From Scyliorhinus canicula (taxonomy: Eukaryota), in assembly GCF_902713615.1 (NCBI RefSeq), contig NC_052169.1, positions 17,628,439 through 17,692,438 on the forward strand: a DNA stretch of 64,000 bases, written 5' to 3'. A program made the translations under genes and the position numbers. The number at the start of each line of letters is the position of its first letter. Within the stretch, counting starts at the first letter, position 1. Shown in pieces: positions 61,733 to 64,000 of this stretch. Under the pieces are notes generated by a model, which saw only the letters and a list, made by a program, of their open reading frames with translations, did no database searches and was not told where the DNA came from.

Positions 61733-63006
61733 GTGTTAATGGAAAAGTTCAGCACAGGTACAAGTTCAGTGAGTGCACTGACGAGCAAATGGGGAATTTG
61801 ATGCAGTTTTAAACTGCATTTTGATTAATCGGTCACTGCTTTTCTGCTGTGTTGAGAATCTATTCATGATTCTGCCAAAATATATTTAGTAACTGGGTGA
61901 TAAATGTGTGGGGCAATTAGGAAACCTTTTTTTTTAAATTGTAAACGTTCATGTGTATTTTGAGAGGATTTTGCACTGGTGTTATATACCTAGAGTGTGT
62001 CAGGTGTGGCAGAGAAGCCAGAACTGTGTCTGCAACATAGGACTGAATGTTATTGAGCACTGATTCTGTTCGCTTCTAATGGTTGCTGCACTGCAGTGTC
62101 ATCACTAATCCTGCTGTGCTACTTAATCTGTTGTCTGAAGCGTTGGCGTTTCTACTGTATGGCTACCTGAATAAACAGGCTACCTGCTGTAGAGGGATGA
62201 GTCTTGTCTTGTGGACCTGTCATGCTACAAGCACTGTGTGTGCGTGTGTGTATTGGTGGCTGTGGGCGGCACTTGTCAATTACATTAATCGGGCACTGTA
62301 AATTGCTCTGGGAATAAGATTCTCTTGCTGGTCTGAAGGTGACGTTTGAAGGACAAATGGCTTTTGGTAATGGCCGATGTGTTCAGATAATGCAGGTTTT
62401 CGATTTTGATTGTGATTTGTCCACATCATTTTAAGGAACATAAAAATATTGAATGACTGATATATCCGTGGCGAATCAGAAAACAATTGCAGTGTTTGGT
62501 AGACTGTACAGATCTCAAGGTCGTTACAAGTATCTTGGAATCAGCGAGTGACTGAATGACTGGGTAATAAAGTTAAATAGTTATAAAAATGGATGCGGAC
62601 AGGCCTAAAAACTCACTTCACATATTGAAGGACTGTGAACAAACCTGATCACTATTGGATGTATTTTAACAAAAAAAATAAAGCTGTGCTGTTACTAAAT
62701 GCCTGTAATGTCCTTCATGTATTTCTATAAATGGGTTTCAACAGGTATCTACACTACTTGCACTTTGAAACATTGCCAAAAATTTATTGACACAAAGTCT
62801 GCTTGCAAGACTATTTGTAACTTGTTTCTCTATACCATCCTTGTGTTCCATGCAGTTAGAAACACTCCTGTTTGCAATTACCAACAATAAATATTTGAAC
62901 CACCAGCTGATACGGCTGAATCATTACGCAAAGCAGTGCAATAAATGTAACTTCAGATTTTACATTTTGAGTTTCTGTTGACTTGTATATTTCTATTTCT
63001 GTTCAG

Positions 63007-63090
63007 GCTCGGACAGTAACATTAATCCCAGGTGATGGCATTGGCCCAGAGATTTCTGAAGCTGTCGTGAAGATCTTTGAAGTTGCTGAA
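63007..63090 (+). CDS. IDH3A: IDH3A exon 3 (ARTVTLIPGDGIGPEISEAVVKIFEVAE)
   Basis: Diagnostic VTLIPGDGIGPEI motif, 84-nt exon, CAG/GTAAAT boundaries. Confidence 0.95.
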
Positions 63091-63099
63091 GTAAATTAC

Positions 63100-64000
63100 T
63101 TTTTTTTAAAAATAATTTTTATTGGAATTTTTTACAGAAAATATAAAACATAACGACAAACAATGAAATGCAACAAAATAACCCATAATAACTGTAACAC
63201 CCCCCAGGCTGTATCGACGCATGTATCACATACCCCCACACCCCCAACCCCAATGAACAACAAAAGAACTTCAAAAAAAATTAAATAAACAAACATAGTC
63301 GTCGTCCCCCCCCCCCCCCGTACCCTATCGTTGAGCCAGAAAGTCGAGGAAAGGTTGCCACCGCCTAAAGAACCCTTGTACCGACCCTCTCGGGGCAAAT
63401 TTGACCTTCTCTAGCTTAATGAAACCCGCCATGTCATTGATCCAGGTCTCCACGCTTGGGGGCCTCGCATCCTTCCATTGTAGCAAGATCCTTCGCCGGG
63501 CTACTAGGGATGCAAAGGCCAGCACACCGGCCTCTTTCGCCTCCTGCACTCCCGGCTCCACCTCAACCCCAAAAATCGCGAGTCCCCATCCTGGCATGAC
63601 CCTGGATCCCACCACCCTCGACACCGTCCTCGCCACCCCCTTCCAGAACTCCTCCAATGCCGGGCATGCCCAGAACATATGGGCATGGTTCGCTGGACTC
63701 CCCGAGCACCTGACACACCTGTCTTCACCCCCAAAGAACCTACTCATCCTCGTCCCAGTCATGTGGGCCCGGTGCAGCACCTTGAATTGGATGAGGCTAA
63801 GCCGCGCACACGAGGAGGAAGAATTAACCCTCTCCAGGGCATCAGCCCATGTCCCGTCTTCGATCTGTTCCCCCAGTTCCCCCTCCCACTTAGCTTTCAG
63901 CTCCTCTACTGACGCCTGCTCCGCCTCCTGCATAACCGTGTAGATATCAGATATCTTCCCCTCTCCGACCCAGACCCCCGAAAGCACCCTGTCACTCACC
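63100..64000 (-). mobile_element. 3' end of a young L1 of the same family as 29027-35195
   Basis: 224-aa open ORF2 C-terminus very similar to the full-length copy, plus 3' UTR and T-tract. Confidence 0.95.

Noticed and set aside
61740-63000. Possible alternative IDH3A exon 2 in unique intron sequence
   Set aside because: No phase 0/0 open segment with convincing splice sites found; RNA-seq would be needed

Overview
This window is eukaryotic vertebrate DNA. The repeat inventory (V-SINE/HE1-like SINEs, Deu-SINEs, CR1, L1, Rex-Babar, RTE, Penelope, GC-rich MITEs) points to a shark, probably a catshark (inference). It holds three host genes, reconstructed by hand from splice sites: CIB2 coding exon 1 (- strand, 5100-5150), a complete 9-exon LRRC61-like gene (+, 18329-51998, 252 aa), and IDH3A coding exons 1-3 (+, 58341-63090). 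Most of the rest is transposable elements and minisatellites. These include a full-length L1 with a 16-bp TSD, solo LTRs, Harbinger-like MITEs and Penelope fragments carrying minimal hammerhead ribozymes. The main observations are: (i) a Penelope-associated hammerhead family with a compensatory U3-A8 core in place of C3-G8; (ii) an intron-rich LRRC61 between CIB2 and IDH3A, a slot I recall as empty in human, where LRRC61 has an intronless CDS elsewhere; (iii) motif-bearing minisatellites at every gene 5' end, and three arrays abutting the head of one SINE subfamily; (iv) modular SINEs with swapped heads and tails. Most ORF-track entries are repeat artefacts. No database searches were run; homology calls rest on recalled family motifs.
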